From NCBI GenBank assembly GCA_002071025.1, contig MWEJ01000001.1:2178-66177 (forward strand): a stretch of DNA of 64,000 nucleotides, written 5' to 3'. A model generated the notes under the pieces. That model did not search any database and was not told the origin of the DNA. It saw nothing but the letters and a program-made list of their open reading frames with translations. Shown here in pieces: positions 6,995-17,357 of this stretch; positions within the stretch are counted from its first letter, which is position 1; every line of letters begins with the position of its first letter. The translations under genes and the position numbers were made by a program. The DNA is from Verrucomicrobia bacterium ADurb.Bin070. Its GTDB lineage: Bacteria > Verrucomicrobiota > Kiritimatiellia > RFP12 > UBA1067.

Positions 6995-9900
6995 TCACCT
7001 GATGCGGAATTCAAACGTGCCGGAACCGGCGACGTACACGGCGCGGTCATTCTCCATGCCGACGAAGCGGGTGCCCTGGGTCGTGACGGCTTTCGCGTCA
7101 GGCGCCGGCAGCGCGATGCGCGCGGTCGCGTTGACGGGCACGGTGACCTCCACGGCGAGGCCGTCTGAAACGCGCCGCCAGTGGACGGCCACTTGGCCTT
7201 TGACGGTCTCCACCCCGGCCTTCACAAACGCGAGGCGCTTGGGCATGACCGGGCGGATGCCGATTTCTTCGAAACCCGGACGCAGGGCGGTGATTCCGGC
7301 GAGGCGCGTGAAGAATGCGGCGCCCACGCCGGCGAACATCGCGTGGTTGTGCGAGTTCATGCCGCCTTTGACGCTCCACTGCTCCCACAGTGTGGTGGCG
7401 CCGTTCGCGACCTGAAAGCCGAAGCCCGGATACTCTGGCTGCGTCAACATGTCGAGGCCGAGATCCGCCTCGCCGATATCGCAGAGCACATCCAGCAGAT
7501 AGCGCGTGCCGAAGATGCCGGTGTCGAGACGTCCCTTGTTCGTGTCGCGGATGGTCGCGACCAAGCGGCGTGCGAGAGCGTCGCGCGCGTCGTGCGGCGC
7601 GACATTTAGCGCCAGCGGCAGGATCGCCGTGGTCTGAGAACCGTCCCCATAAGTCGCCGTCTCGGCACGGTAACGTTTTGCGTGATAAGCGCGTGCGATC
7701 TGTTCTGAGAGCCGCGTGTAGGTGTCGTGTTCTGCGGTATGACCCAACACGGCCGAGGCCTCGGCGACGATGCGGGCGAGCGCGGCGTAGAGGCAGGTGT
7801 TGACATCGGTCACATCGCCGTGATACCCCTGCCACGAGCCATCGTTGGGCGGACACCAGTCGCCGAAACCTTGTGTGTAAATGTGGTCCGGCGTACGAGC
7901 GTGAAGCGCGTCGATGTACGCGCGCATGTTCGCGTAGTGGGTGGTCAGGATGCGGCGGTCCCCGGTGTGCAGGTAGAGACGCCACGGCAGAAAAACGGTG
8001 TCGCCGTTCCAGTCGGGGTTGCCGCGCCCGCCGGCGATGTCGTCGAGCCACTTGGTGTAGTAGCTGTTCATCCAGAACGTGAAGAGCGCGGTGTCTTCAT
8101 AGGCGAGCGAATCCATCTGGCAGGGCGTGCGCTCATCCCGCATCGTGCAGTCGGTCGGAATGCTCATGAAATTTCCGCGCATCGACCAGAGGCAGTTGCT
8201 GTAGATCTGGTTGAGTGTGGCATCGGAGCACAGGAAGCTCCCGGCCGGGGCGGCATCGGCATGCACCACGCAGCCGGTGACGTCATCGCACGTCGGAACG
8301 CCCGGGTAGCCGGTGACTTCAATGAAACGGAAGCCATGATAGGTGAACCGAGGTTCATAACTCTCCGTCGAGCCCGAGCCTGCGAGCACAAAGGTGTCGG
8401 TGGCTTTGGCGCGCCGGTTGGTCCACGGATCGATCATGCCGTCACGGTCGGTCAGTTCGCTGTGGCGCAGGGTGATGCGCGTGCCGCGCGGCCCGTTGGC
8501 GCGCAGGCGTGCCCATCCGGCGATGTTTTGTCCTAAGTCGAAGACATAGACGCCGGGTTTGGGGTCACGAACCGCCACCGGCCGCAACGTCTGGATGACG
8601 CGCACCGGCGGCATGGTGTTCGGCTTGAAGGCGGCCGCTGTCGGCTCGAACAGGGTGACGGGTTTCCAGCCTTCTGCCTTGAAAGCGGCCGTGGACCACG
8701 CCGGCGTTTCAAGCGCCGCATCGTAGATCTCGCCGTCGTACAGGCTGGCGAAGGTCAGCGGGCTCGGGCCGGCTTGCCAGCTCGGGTCGGTGACGACCGT
8801 CGTCCGGCTGCCGTCCGGGTGGTCGATGTCAAGTTGCAGGATCGCCCGTTTCGCCAGTTCCCATTTCCAACCCCATTGCGAGTAATCATCGGAATAACCG
8901 GGGGCCAGCCAGATGCCCACCGCGTTGTCGCCGGCCTGAATGAGCGGGGTGACATCCAGCGTGTCGAAGAGGATCCTGCTCGCGTAGGGGGTGTTGGGCG
9001 GCGACAGCACGCGGTCGCCGGCCTTGCGTCCGTTCAGATAGAGTTCATAAAAACCGAGGCCGCAGACCGAGGCTGTGGCGCGGGCGACCGGTTTGGCGAC
9101 CGCGAACGTTTTACGCAAACGCGGGCACGCTTTCGGGAGCGGGCCGGTGTAGAGGTGCATGCCGCCGCTCACCAGAAGATGGCCGTCTTCGACCTTCAAT
9201 TTCGGGAAGGCGGGGCTCGCACGGTCGAAGGTGTCGACGATCAGCGTGGCGCCGGCGGCATCAACCACGGTGAGCGCGTTCACGCGCGCCCTCTCTTTGT
9301 CGCTGGTGCGAAACCCGACGGTCCCTGACGCGAACGTTGAATCGGTGCGTTCATCCGCCAGTTTGCCGTCGATCCGCGTGCGGATGACTGTGCCGCGCGC
9401 TTCGATTTCGATGCGGTGAGGCTTGGGCTGATCGCCGTCAGCCATAAATGCGCCCAGCGATACGGCGGGCAGCATCTTCCAGGAACCGTTCTGTTGCACG
9501 TGCGGGCGCAGCAGCGGCTCGGCGCCGAGGGCACGGTTGATTTGCCACATGTAACCGTTGGCGGCATCTGGGGCGCGGAACACGAGACCGACCGCTTCGG
9601 CGTCCACCACGAGATCTGCCGTCAGGGTCAGGTCGCCCCATGCCGGGACATGAGATGCCGAGGGGCCAATCCACTTTGCTTGCCACGACGCCGGGTCGGT
9701 CAACGCGACCTGCCACTGTGCCGGCGCGCTCCAGTCGGTGGCTTTGCCGTCGCGGTCCCAGGCGCGCACCTGCCAGAAGCAGCGCATACCGTCGCGCAGC
9801 GGCGTACCGTCGTACATGATGTGTACGGTCTCGCTCGACACGGTTTTGTCGCTGTCCCACAGCAGCGGCTCGCCTTCTGAAAGTGCCTTCGGCGTTGAAG

Positions 9901-10087
9901 CGACGCGAATCTGGTAGGCGGTTTGCATCTGATTGCGCGCGCTGTCGCTCAAGGTCCAGCTCAAGCGCGGCTGCAACGTGGCGATGCCGATCGGGTCCAT
10001 GTCATACTCGCAGCGCAAGTTGTGGACAGTCATGGCACCGCCCAACCGTGCGAGAACGAGAAGACCAAGCAACACGCCGTTTTTCAT
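6995..10087 (-). CDS. Exported GH78 alpha-L-rhamnosidase, ~1030 aa, with an inserted concanavalin/lectin-like domain
   Basis: Classic GH78 N-terminus HNLRCEYDMDPIGIATLQPRLSWTL...AYQIRVAS...LWDSDKTVS...FWQVRAWDRDG...AKWIG. Signal peptide MKNGVLLGLLVLARLGGA. Start refined to the ATG at 10087, which has a CAGGAG ribosome-binding site. Confidence 0.8.
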   Translation of the reverse strand: MKNGVLLGLLVLARLGGAMTVHNLRCEYDMDPIGIATLQPRLSWTLSDSARNQMQTAYQIRVASTPKALSEGEPLLWDSDKTVSSETVHIMYDGTPLRDGMRCFWQVRAWDRDGKATDWSAPAQWQVALTDPASWQAKWIGPSASHVPAWGDLTLTADLVVDAEAVGLVFRAPDAANGYMWQINRALGAEPLLRPHVQQNGSWKMLPAVSLGAFMADGDQPKPHRIEIEARGTVIRTRIDGKLADERTDSTFASGTVGFRTSDKERARVNALTVVDAAGATLIVDTFDRASPAFPKLKVEDGHLLVSGGMHLYTGPLPKACPRLRKTFAVAKPVARATASVCGLGFYELYLNGRKAGDRVLSPPNTPYASRILFDTLDVTPLIQAGDNAVGIWLAPGYSDDYSQWGWKWELAKRAILQLDIDHPDGSRTTVVTDPSWQAGPSPLTFASLYDGEIYDAALETPAWSTAAFKAEGWKPVTLFEPTAAAFKPNTMPPVRVIQTLRPVAVRDPKPGVYVFDLGQNIAGWARLRANGPRGTRITLRHSELTDRDGMIDPWTNRRAKATDTFVLAGSGSTESYEPRFTYHGFRFIEVTGYPGVPTCDDVTGCVVHADAAPAGSFLCSDATLNQIYSNCLWSMRGNFMSIPTDCTMRDERTPCQMDSLAYEDTALFTFWMNSYYTKWLDDIAGGRGNPDWNGDTVFLPWRLYLHTGDRRILTTHYANMRAYIDALHARTPDHIYTQGFGDWCPPNDGSWQGYHGDVTDVNTCLYAALARIVAEASAVLGHTAEHDTYTRLSEQIARAYHAKRYRAETATYGDGSQTTAILPLALNVAPHDARDALARRLVATIRDTNKGRLDTGIFGTRYLLDVLCDIGEADLGLDMLTQPEYPGFGFQVANGATTLWEQWSVKGGMNSHNHAMFAGVGAAFFTRLAGITALRPGFEEIGIRPVMPKRLAFVKAGVETVKGQVAVHWRRVSDGLAVEVTVPVNATARIALPAPDAKAVTTQGTRFVGMENDRAVYVAGSGTFEFRIR

Positions 10088-10267
10088 AGATGCTCCTGTC
10101 AAGATGAAACGCCGAACAACCGTGCAACAGTAACGGGTGATACCGTAGCTTGTCAATGCTGCCGGCGGCATCGACACAATTCGGTCATCCAGGCTTCAGC
10201 GCGAACGAGGCTGTCCCCGGAAACGGCTGCTGAGACCGCTTCCGGGATTCGCGTTCACTCGATTTTC

Positions 10268-12874
10268 TCACGTGCCGGCATAGGCCTTCTGGTAGAGGGC
10301 CTTGATTTCGCGAATCAGCGGGTAGCGCGGATTCGCGCCGGTGCACTGATCGTCGAAGGCGTCCTCAGCCAGAGTGTCCAGCGCAGCCGTGAACGCCGGT
10401 TCAGGCACACCCGCATCGCGAATGGTGGCGGGGATGTCCAATTTCGCCTTGAGACCTTCTACCGCTTTGACGAGACGCTCGACCTTTTCGTCCTCTGTTT
10501 TCCCGCCGAGCTGCAGGTAGTCCGCGACCCGCGCGTACCGGCTTTTGGCCGTGGGATAGGTGTACTGCGGGAAGGCGGTCTGCTTGAGCGGGATGTCAGT
10601 CGCGTTGTAACGAATCACATCAACGATCAGCAACGCGTTGGCGAGTCCGTGCGGCAGGTTGAAGCGTGCGCCCAGCTTGTGCGCCATGGAGTGGCAAATA
10701 CCCAGAAAGGCGTTGGCGAAGGCCATACCCGCCAGGGTGGCGGCGTAGTGAACTTTCTCCTTGGCCTTGAGATCCGCGGCGCCGTTCGCATAGCTGTCCG
10801 GCAGGTATTTAAACAGGATGCGGATCGCCTCCAGCGCCATACTGTTGGTGAACTCGGTGGACAGCACCGAGACCATCGCCTCCAGCGCGTGCGTCAGCGC
10901 GTCAATGCCGCCGTATGCCGTCAGGCGCTTGGGCATGTTGACAACCAGCTCCGGATCGACAATCGCCATGTCGGGTGTCAGCGCGTAATCAGCGATCGGG
11001 TATTTCTTGCCGGTCGCGTCATCGGTGACGACCGCGAACGGCGTCACCTCGGAACCGGTGCCGGAAGTGGTCGGGATAGCGACAAACTGCGCTTTTTTTC
11101 CGAGATCCGGGAAGGCATAAATCCGTTTTTCGATATCCATGAAACGCATGGCCATTTCTTCGAACTTGGCTTCCGGATTCTCGTACATCAGCCACATCAT
11201 TTTGGCCGCGTCCATCGGCGAGCCGCCTCCGAGCGCGATGATCACGTCCGGCTTGAAGACATGGCAAAGTTCAAGACCTTTGCGGATGGTGGTTAAGTCG
11301 GGATCGGGTTTGACCTCGAAAAAGACCTCGTACTCCAGTTTCATCTCTTCAAGTACTTGCGTGACCTTGTCAGCATAACCGAGGTCATAGAGCGGCTTAT
11401 CAGTGACCACGACCGCACGCTTGCGGTCGCTCAGTTCTTTGAGCGCCAGAGCCAGGCAGCCGTATTTGATGTAGACTCTGGGCGGGACCCGGAACCAGAG
11501 CATGTTTTCGCGACGTTCTGCGATGTTTTTGATGTTCATGAGGTGTTTGACTCCGACGTTCTCGCTGATGGAGTTCCCGCCCCAGGTTCCGCAGCCGAGC
11601 GTCAATGAAGGTTCCAGTTTGAAGTTATAGATGTCGCCGATCGCACCTTGGGAGCTGGGCATATTGACCAAAACGCGGCCCGTTTTCATGGCGTTTCCGA
11701 ACGTTTTGACGCGATCGGCATTGCGCATGTCGGTGTAGAGAGCCGAGGTGTGGCCGATACCGCCGAACTCGACCAAAGCCTTGGCCTTGGCGACCGCATC
11801 CGGGAAATCCTTGGCTCGGTAGAGCGCCAGCACCGGAGAGAGTTTTTCATACGCGAAAGGTTCATCCGTTCCGATCGAGTCCGCTTCGCCGATTAACACC
11901 TTTACGTCGCCCGGCAGTTCCACGCCGGCCATGGCCGCGATCTTGGCTGCGGGCTGACCGACGATGTCCGCGTTGATGCGACCCTCCTTGAGAATCACGG
12001 CACCGACTTTTTTCTTTTGAGCGGGGGTGAGAATGTGGGCGCCGCGCACGGCAAACTCGGCTTTGACTGCTTCGTACGCCGCATCAACCACGACGACCGA
12101 CTGTTCGGACGCGCAGATCACACCGTTGTCGAAAGTCTTGGACATCAGGATCGAACTGACCGCCATGCGGATTTCAGCGGTCTCATCAATCACGGCGGGG
12201 GTATTGCCGGCACCGACCCCGAGAGCCGGCTTACCGGAGCTGTAGGCCGCCTTCACCATGCCCGGTCCGCCCGTCGCGAGAATCAGGCTGATGTCGGGAT
12301 GGCGCATGAGGTGATTTGACATTTCGACGGTCGGCTCTTCCAGGCACGCGATCAAGCCTGCGGGTGCCCCGGCGGCCTCGGCGGCCCTGGCGACCGCGTG
12401 CGCCGCTTCGGCCGTGCTCTTTTTGGCGCGGGGGTGGGGGGAAAAGATGATGCCGTTGCGTGTTTTCAGCGTGATCAGACTTTTAAAGATCGCGGTGGAG
12501 GTCGGGTTGGTGGTAGGGACGATGCCAGCGATAATGCCGATCGGTTCCGCGACCCGGCGCAGGCCGAAGGAGGCGTCATAGCTCAGCTCGCCACAGGTTT
12601 TCTCGTCTTTGTACTTGTTATAAATGTACTCTGACGCAAAGTGGTTTTTGATGACCTTGTCCTCGACGATGCCCATGCCGGTCTCTTCGACGGCCATTTT
12701 TGCGAGGCGAATGCGCTCGCTGCTGGCCGCGAGCGCGGCGGCCCGGAAAATCCGGTCAACCTGCTCTTGCGAGAAGGTGGCGTAGACGGCCTGCGCGGCC
12801 TTAACGTGTTGAATCAGCGCTTCGAGCGGCTTGAGGGCCTCAGTTGCGGCAGGTGTTGGGGGTGTGTTTTTCAT
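10268..12874 (-). CDS. adhE: Bifunctional acetaldehyde-CoA / alcohol dehydrogenase AdhE
   Basis: About 868 aa; N-terminal aldehyde dehydrogenase domain and C-terminal iron-containing alcohol dehydrogenase domain (GGGSPMDAAK, HSMAHKLG). Start refined to MKNTPPTPAA at 12874, with an AAGGAGA ribosome-binding site. Confidence 0.9.
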   Translation of the reverse strand: MKNTPPTPAATEALKPLEALIQHVKAAQAVYATFSQEQVDRIFRAAALAASSERIRLAKMAVEETGMGIVEDKVIKNHFASEYIYNKYKDEKTCGELSYDASFGLRRVAEPIGIIAGIVPTTNPTSTAIFKSLITLKTRNGIIFSPHPRAKKSTAEAAHAVARAAEAAGAPAGLIACLEEPTVEMSNHLMRHPDISLILATGGPGMVKAAYSSGKPALGVGAGNTPAVIDETAEIRMAVSSILMSKTFDNGVICASEQSVVVVDAAYEAVKAEFAVRGAHILTPAQKKKVGAVILKEGRINADIVGQPAAKIAAMAGVELPGDVKVLIGEADSIGTDEPFAYEKLSPVLALYRAKDFPDAVAKAKALVEFGGIGHTSALYTDMRNADRVKTFGNAMKTGRVLVNMPSSQGAIGDIYNFKLEPSLTLGCGTWGGNSISENVGVKHLMNIKNIAERRENMLWFRVPPRVYIKYGCLALALKELSDRKRAVVVTDKPLYDLGYADKVTQVLEEMKLEYEVFFEVKPDPDLTTIRKGLELCHVFKPDVIIALGGGSPMDAAKMMWLMYENPEAKFEEMAMRFMDIEKRIYAFPDLGKKAQFVAIPTTSGTGSEVTPFAVVTDDATGKKYPIADYALTPDMAIVDPELVVNMPKRLTAYGGIDALTHALEAMVSVLSTEFTNSMALEAIRILFKYLPDSYANGAADLKAKEKVHYAATLAGMAFANAFLGICHSMAHKLGARFNLPHGLANALLIVDVIRYNATDIPLKQTAFPQYTYPTAKSRYARVADYLQLGGKTEDEKVERLVKAVEGLKAKLDIPATIRDAGVPEPAFTAALDTLAEDAFDDQCTGANPRYPLIREIKALYQKAYAGT

Positions 12875-13163
12875 GGGGTCTCTCCTTGTTTTGTCAGGTT
12901 CAAACCGGGGTTTCCGGTAAAACGGTGCGCGATTATCGATAACGGTGTATCGATTGTCAAGCAGCGATTGAAAACTTTTTTTGCATTGTTTGGACTCTGA
13001 CGACCGGGGGAATATCGGTCGCACGAACCGAGTCGGATGGCAAGCGATGGGTTGATGCGGCACGACGAAAAGGTTACTATCATGCGGCATAGGACCTATG
13101 TCCGTCCGATGGTGCGGGCATGGATGTGGACGATAATAGGCGGAAACGCGTTAGGAATCTTTT

Positions 13164-14741
13164 ATGACAAACTTTACGTGGTACGATGTGAGCGATGCCA
13201 CGGTCGGTCTGCTGTTCGGATTGGCCGGCATGCTCGGCGGCTATGCCTTGCGCGGGCTGGTCGGCCGTTGGCAGGCGGACGCCATCGAGAAGCAAGCGCA
13301 ACTTCGGCTGGCCGAGGCGGAGAACGAGGTCAAGAACCGGTTGAAGGAGGCTGACATCTTGGCGCGTGCGGAAGTCGTCAAAGCGCGCGAGGAGTTTGAA
13401 AAGAGCACCAAGGCCCGCCGCAAGGAGTTGCAAGACATTGAGGAGCGCTTGACAATCCGCGAAGAGAACATGGACAAGAAAGCGATCCTGCTTGAGAAAA
13501 AAGATCAAACCGTCACACAGAAGCAGGAGGAGGCGCAGCGCAGGGCGGAGGAGGTGCAGCAACGGCGCGCCGAGGCGGACAAGCGCTGGGCCGAATCGGA
13601 GCAACGCTTGCAGAAGCTTGCTGGCATGACGCACGAAGAGGCCCGTAAAGAAGTGCGTCTTAAGGCGGAGCAGGAGTTCCGCAGTGAGGCCGGCAGCATG
13701 ATCCGCCGTGCGCAGGAGGAGGCCAAGGAGACGGCTGAACGCGAGGCCGCCCGTATCGTGGCGACCGCCGTCCAGCGTTTTGCCTTGACGCATGCCAGCG
13801 AGATGATGACGTGTACAGTGCCACTGCCGAGCGACGATATCAAGGGCCGTATTATCGGTCGCGAGGGGCGTAACATCCGGACACTGGAGGCCGTGACCGG
13901 TGTCACCATGCTAATCGACGATACGCCGGAAGCGGTTGTCATCTCGGGTTTTGATCCGGTGCGCCGCGAGATCGCGCGACAGGCGCTTGAACAGCTTGTG
14001 TCGGATGGACGCATTCATCCGGCTCGTATCGAAGAGGTGGTGCAGAGCGTGACAGAGAGCATGGAAAAGACCATCTTCGAAGCCGGTGAATCGGCGGCGT
14101 ATGAGGCGCAGGTGCAAGGGGTTTCCACCGAGTTGCTGCGGTGTATGGGACGGCTTAAATTCCGCACCAGCTTCACGCAAAATGTGCTGCGGCATTCAAT
14201 CGAAGTCGCGCACCTGATGGGCATGATGGCGGCGGAGATGGGGGTGGATCCGGCGATCGCGCGTCGCGTGGGTTTCTTCCACGACATCGGTAAGGCGCTG
14301 GACCATGAAACGCAAGGCGCCCATGCGGTGATTGGCGCGGAGTTCCTCAAACAGCACGGCGAGGCCTCCGAGGTGGTGAATGGGGTCGCCGCGCATCACG
14401 AGGATGTCCCGTCCGAAGGCATTTTCGGCGTGCTGTGCTCGGCGGCTGATGCGATTTCGAGTTCGCGTCCAGGCGCCCGCGCGGAGACGATGGGCGTGTA
14501 TGTGCAGCGGCTGGAGAAGCTGGAGGCGATCGCCAACAGCTTCGAGGGGGTCAAAAAGACGTTCGCCGTGCAGGCTGGACGCGAGGTGCGCGTGATTGTC
14601 GACCCCGGCCAGGTGACGGACAACGACGCGATGGTGATGGCGCGCGAGATCAGTCAGCAGATCGCCTCGACCATGCAGTTCCCCGGTCAGATCAAAGTGG
14701 TGGTGGTGCGTGAAACGCGCTGTATCGAATTTGCGAAATAG
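13164..14741 (+). CDS. rny: Ribonuclease Y (N-terminal TM, coiled coil, KH domain, HD domain)
   Basis: N-terminal membrane anchor, long Glu/Lys/Arg/Ala coiled coil, KH domain GRIIGREGRNIR, HD motif HDIGK. Confidence 0.9.
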   Translation: MTNFTWYDVSDATVGLLFGLAGMLGGYALRGLVGRWQADAIEKQAQLRLAEAENEVKNRLKEADILARAEVVKAREEFEKSTKARRKELQDIEERLTIREENMDKKAILLEKKDQTVTQKQEEAQRRAEEVQQRRAEADKRWAESEQRLQKLAGMTHEEARKEVRLKAEQEFRSEAGSMIRRAQEEAKETAEREAARIVATAVQRFALTHASEMMTCTVPLPSDDIKGRIIGREGRNIRTLEAVTGVTMLIDDTPEAVVISGFDPVRREIARQALEQLVSDGRIHPARIEEVVQSVTESMEKTIFEAGESAAYEAQVQGVSTELLRCMGRLKFRTSFTQNVLRHSIEVAHLMGMMAAEMGVDPAIARRVGFFHDIGKALDHETQGAHAVIGAEFLKQHGEASEVVNGVAAHHEDVPSEGIFGVLCSAADAISSSRPGARAETMGVYVQRLEKLEAIANSFEGVKKTFAVQAGREVRVIVDPGQVTDNDAMVMAREISQQIASTMQFPGQIKVVVVRETRCIEFAK

Positions 14742-14780
14742 GTGCGGCGGCTGCCGTGCGGGAGAGGACTCAGGTCAGGC

Positions 14781-15593
14781 ATGAAGATTCTTTTGGTGGG
14801 CGATATTGTGGGCAGTCCGGGACGGCGTGTGTTCCGCGAGGTGGTGAAACGGCTGCGCGCGGAGAGCGCGGTGCATGCCGTCGTGGTCAACGCCGAGAAC
14901 GCGGCGGCGGGCAACGGCATTACCTTGGCGCTGGCCGAAGAGATCTTCACGGCGGGCGCGGACGTGATCACGATGGGCGATCACGTATGGGGCCAGCGTG
15001 AGCTGGAGGCCACGATCGGCGGCGAAAAAAGGCTGGTCCGTCCGGTGAATTTTCCGCCCGGAACGCCGGGACAGGGATATGCGACGGTGCAGACCGCGCT
15101 GGGCCCGGTGACAGTCGTCAACCTGTTGGGACGGGTCTTCATGAACCCGTCCGACTGTCCGTTTCGGGCGATGGACGCACTGCTCAACACGCTGCCGCGT
15201 AACGTGCCGATCATCGTGGATTTTCATGCTGAGGCAACCTCCGAAAAGATTGCGATGGGCTATTATCTGGACGGTCGGGTGGCCGCCGTGGTCGGTACGC
15301 ACACGCATGTCCAAACCAGTGACGCGGGGTTGCTTCCCAGGGGTACGGCTTATATGACGGACCTCGGGATGACAGGGCCGGTCCACTCGGTGATCGGCCG
15401 CGAGATCGCGCCTGTCCTCAAAAAGTTCACGACGGGTATACCGGCCCGTTTTGAGGTCGCGGGCGGCCCCTGCGTGCTGGAGGGGGCCGTCCTGGAGCTG
15501 GACCGAGCCAGCGGTCGTGCGGTCGGCATTACGGCATACCGCTACCGGGAAGCAGATGGCGCGGACCAGACGCCACTGAGACAAGGGGCTTGA
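14781..15593 (+). CDS. ymdB: YmdB-family metallophosphoesterase (TIGR00282; 2',3'-cyclic-nucleotide phosphodiesterase)
   Basis: MKILLVGDIVGSPGR...GDHVWG...; conserved rny-ymdB synteny. Start refined to the ATG at 14781. Confidence 0.8.
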   Translation: MKILLVGDIVGSPGRRVFREVVKRLRAESAVHAVVVNAENAAAGNGITLALAEEIFTAGADVITMGDHVWGQRELEATIGGEKRLVRPVNFPPGTPGQGYATVQTALGPVTVVNLLGRVFMNPSDCPFRAMDALLNTLPRNVPIIVDFHAEATSEKIAMGYYLDGRVAAVVGTHTHVQTSDAGLLPRGTAYMTDLGMTGPVHSVIGREIAPVLKKFTTGIPARFEVAGGPCVLEGAVLELDRASGRAVGITAYRYREADGADQTPLRQGA

Positions 15594-15594
15594 C

Positions 15595-16944
15595 GTGGAG
15601 ACAGCGGGACGCAGAATCTATTCAGTCTCAGAACTGACGCGCCGGATCAAACAGACACTGGAGGACGAGGTCGGCCGCGTCTGGGTGGAAGGCGAGATCT
15701 CGAACTTTAAAGTCTATGCCTCGGAACACGCGTATTTCAGTCTGAAGGATGCGGGTGCCCAGTTGAGCGCGGTCCTGTTCGCCGGCTCGCGGTCGGGGGT
15801 GGCTGCGGGCACACGCCTTGAGGATGGACAGCGCATCCGCGCCTTTGGCGAAGTCACCGTCTTCGAAAGCCGCGGCCAGTATCAGATGATCGTGCGCAAG
15901 GTGGAGCCGATGGGGGAGGGCGACCTCATGCGGCGTTTTCTGGAACTGAAGCAGAGGCTGGAGGCAGAAGGTCTCTTTGCTCCGGCGCGCAAACGGCCTC
16001 TGCCGTTGCTGCCGCAGCGTATCGGCATCGTGACGTCGCCCACCGGCGCGGTCATCCATGACATGACGACTGTGCTGGGGCGACGCTTTCCGAACCTGCA
16101 TATCCGCTTGGCGCCCGTCAAGGTGCAGGGCGTCGGCGCCGCGCAGGAGATCGCCTCAGCCGTGCGCCTTTTCAATCGCGCATGCGGTCCGGACAGCGTA
16201 TGGCCGGCGGATCTCCTGATTGTCGGCCGCGGCGGCGGCAGCTTGGAGGACCTGTGGGCGTTTAACGAAGAGTGCGTGGCGCGCGCGGTCGCCGAATCGG
16301 CGATCCCCGTGATCTCCGCCGTGGGCCATGACACCGATTTTTCGCTGTGCGATTTTGCGGCGGACGTGCGCGCGCCGACGCCTTCGGCTGCCGCCGAACT
16401 GGCAGTGACCACGAAGCAGGAGTGGGAGCAGTGCCTCGCGCATCACGCGCGAGCCTTGAAACAGACGGTGCGCCGGCAGGTCACGGCATGGCGCATGCGC
16501 GTGATGACGGCGCGCTCTTCACGCTTCTTTCAGCAGCCGCGTCAGCTTGTCGAACGCCGCGCGCAGCAGGTCGACACCTTGGCGATGCGCATGGACCACG
16601 CCGCTGCCCAGCGCGTGCAGGAGGGCCGCCAGCGGACTGAGCGCGCGTACGGCCGCTTGCGGGTGGTGCGCGAACGGTATGAGCATCTGACCCGCGCGCG
16701 TCTTGAGGAAAATGTTCGCCGGTTGGAGGCGGCGTGCCGGCTGCGGCTGGAACGTCTGCGGGCAGGCGTGGCGGGGAACGCGCGGCAGATCGACCTGCTG
16801 AGCCCGCTGGCTGTCTTGGAGCGCGGATATTCGCTCACGCGCGGCCCGGACGGTCGGCTGGTGCGCTCGGCGCGCGACCTTTCTTCGGGCGCGGAAATTT
16901 CAACACAGCTCAAGGACGGCAGCGTCGCATCGATTGTGCGCTGA
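15595..16944 (+). CDS. xseA: Exodeoxyribonuclease VII large subunit
   Basis: OB-fold N-terminus (SVSELTRRIKQTLE...VWVEGEISNF) and catalytic core; GTG start directly after the ymdB stop. Confidence 0.85.
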   Translation: METAGRRIYSVSELTRRIKQTLEDEVGRVWVEGEISNFKVYASEHAYFSLKDAGAQLSAVLFAGSRSGVAAGTRLEDGQRIRAFGEVTVFESRGQYQMIVRKVEPMGEGDLMRRFLELKQRLEAEGLFAPARKRPLPLLPQRIGIVTSPTGAVIHDMTTVLGRRFPNLHIRLAPVKVQGVGAAQEIASAVRLFNRACGPDSVWPADLLIVGRGGGSLEDLWAFNEECVARAVAESAIPVISAVGHDTDFSLCDFAADVRAPTPSAAAELAVTTKQEWEQCLAHHARALKQTVRRQVTAWRMRVMTARSSRFFQQPRQLVERRAQQVDTLAMRMDHAAAQRVQEGRQRTERAYGRLRVVRERYEHLTRARLEENVRRLEAACRLRLERLRAGVAGNARQIDLLSPLAVLERGYSLTRGPDGRLVRSARDLSSGAEISTQLKDGSVASIVR

Positions 16945-16958
16945 CCAAGGAGGACCGT

Positions 16959-17207
16959 ATGGCAAAAAAAACAGAAGAGAACACATTGGGCTTTGAAGCG
17001 GCGCTGAAGCGCTTGGAAGAGATCGTGGCGAGCATGGAGGCCGGCGAGGTCGATCTCGACACGATGATCGCCCTGTTTGAGGAGGGGCAGCGTCTGGTCA
17101 AGCAGTGCAACGCGACCTTGAACGATGTGGAAAAACGGATTGAAAAGATCGTGGACGACGGGAAAGGCGGCGTGGCTGTCGAACCCCTAGAACTCGCCGG
17201 CGACTAG
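16959..17207 (+). CDS. xseB: Exodeoxyribonuclease VII small subunit
   Basis: MAKKTEENTLGFEAALKRLEEIVASMEAGEVDLDTMIALFEEGQRLVKQC is typical XseB. AAGGAGG ribosome-binding site immediately after the xseA stop. Confidence 0.85.
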   Translation: MAKKTEENTLGFEAALKRLEEIVASMEAGEVDLDTMIALFEEGQRLVKQCNATLNDVEKRIEKIVDDGKGGVAVEPLELAGD

Positions 17208-17357
17208 GTGTGCCGTACGCCCTGGCAGGTTCAGGAGGCGCTTCGCGTTCAACGCCTCGATCTGACTCATGACGATTTCCCAGCTCCACTTCCTGACTTC
17301 TCTCGAACCGGCCGATATGCTTTAATACCCTTCTTTCTGAGAACAGGAGTGTCTTTT

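Noticed and set aside
12874-13164. Searched the adhE upstream region for a Rex operator (TTGTGAA-N4-TTCACAA)
   Set aside because: Only weak partial matches (TTGTCAAGCAGCGATTGAAAA, TTATCGATAA palindrome); not convincing.
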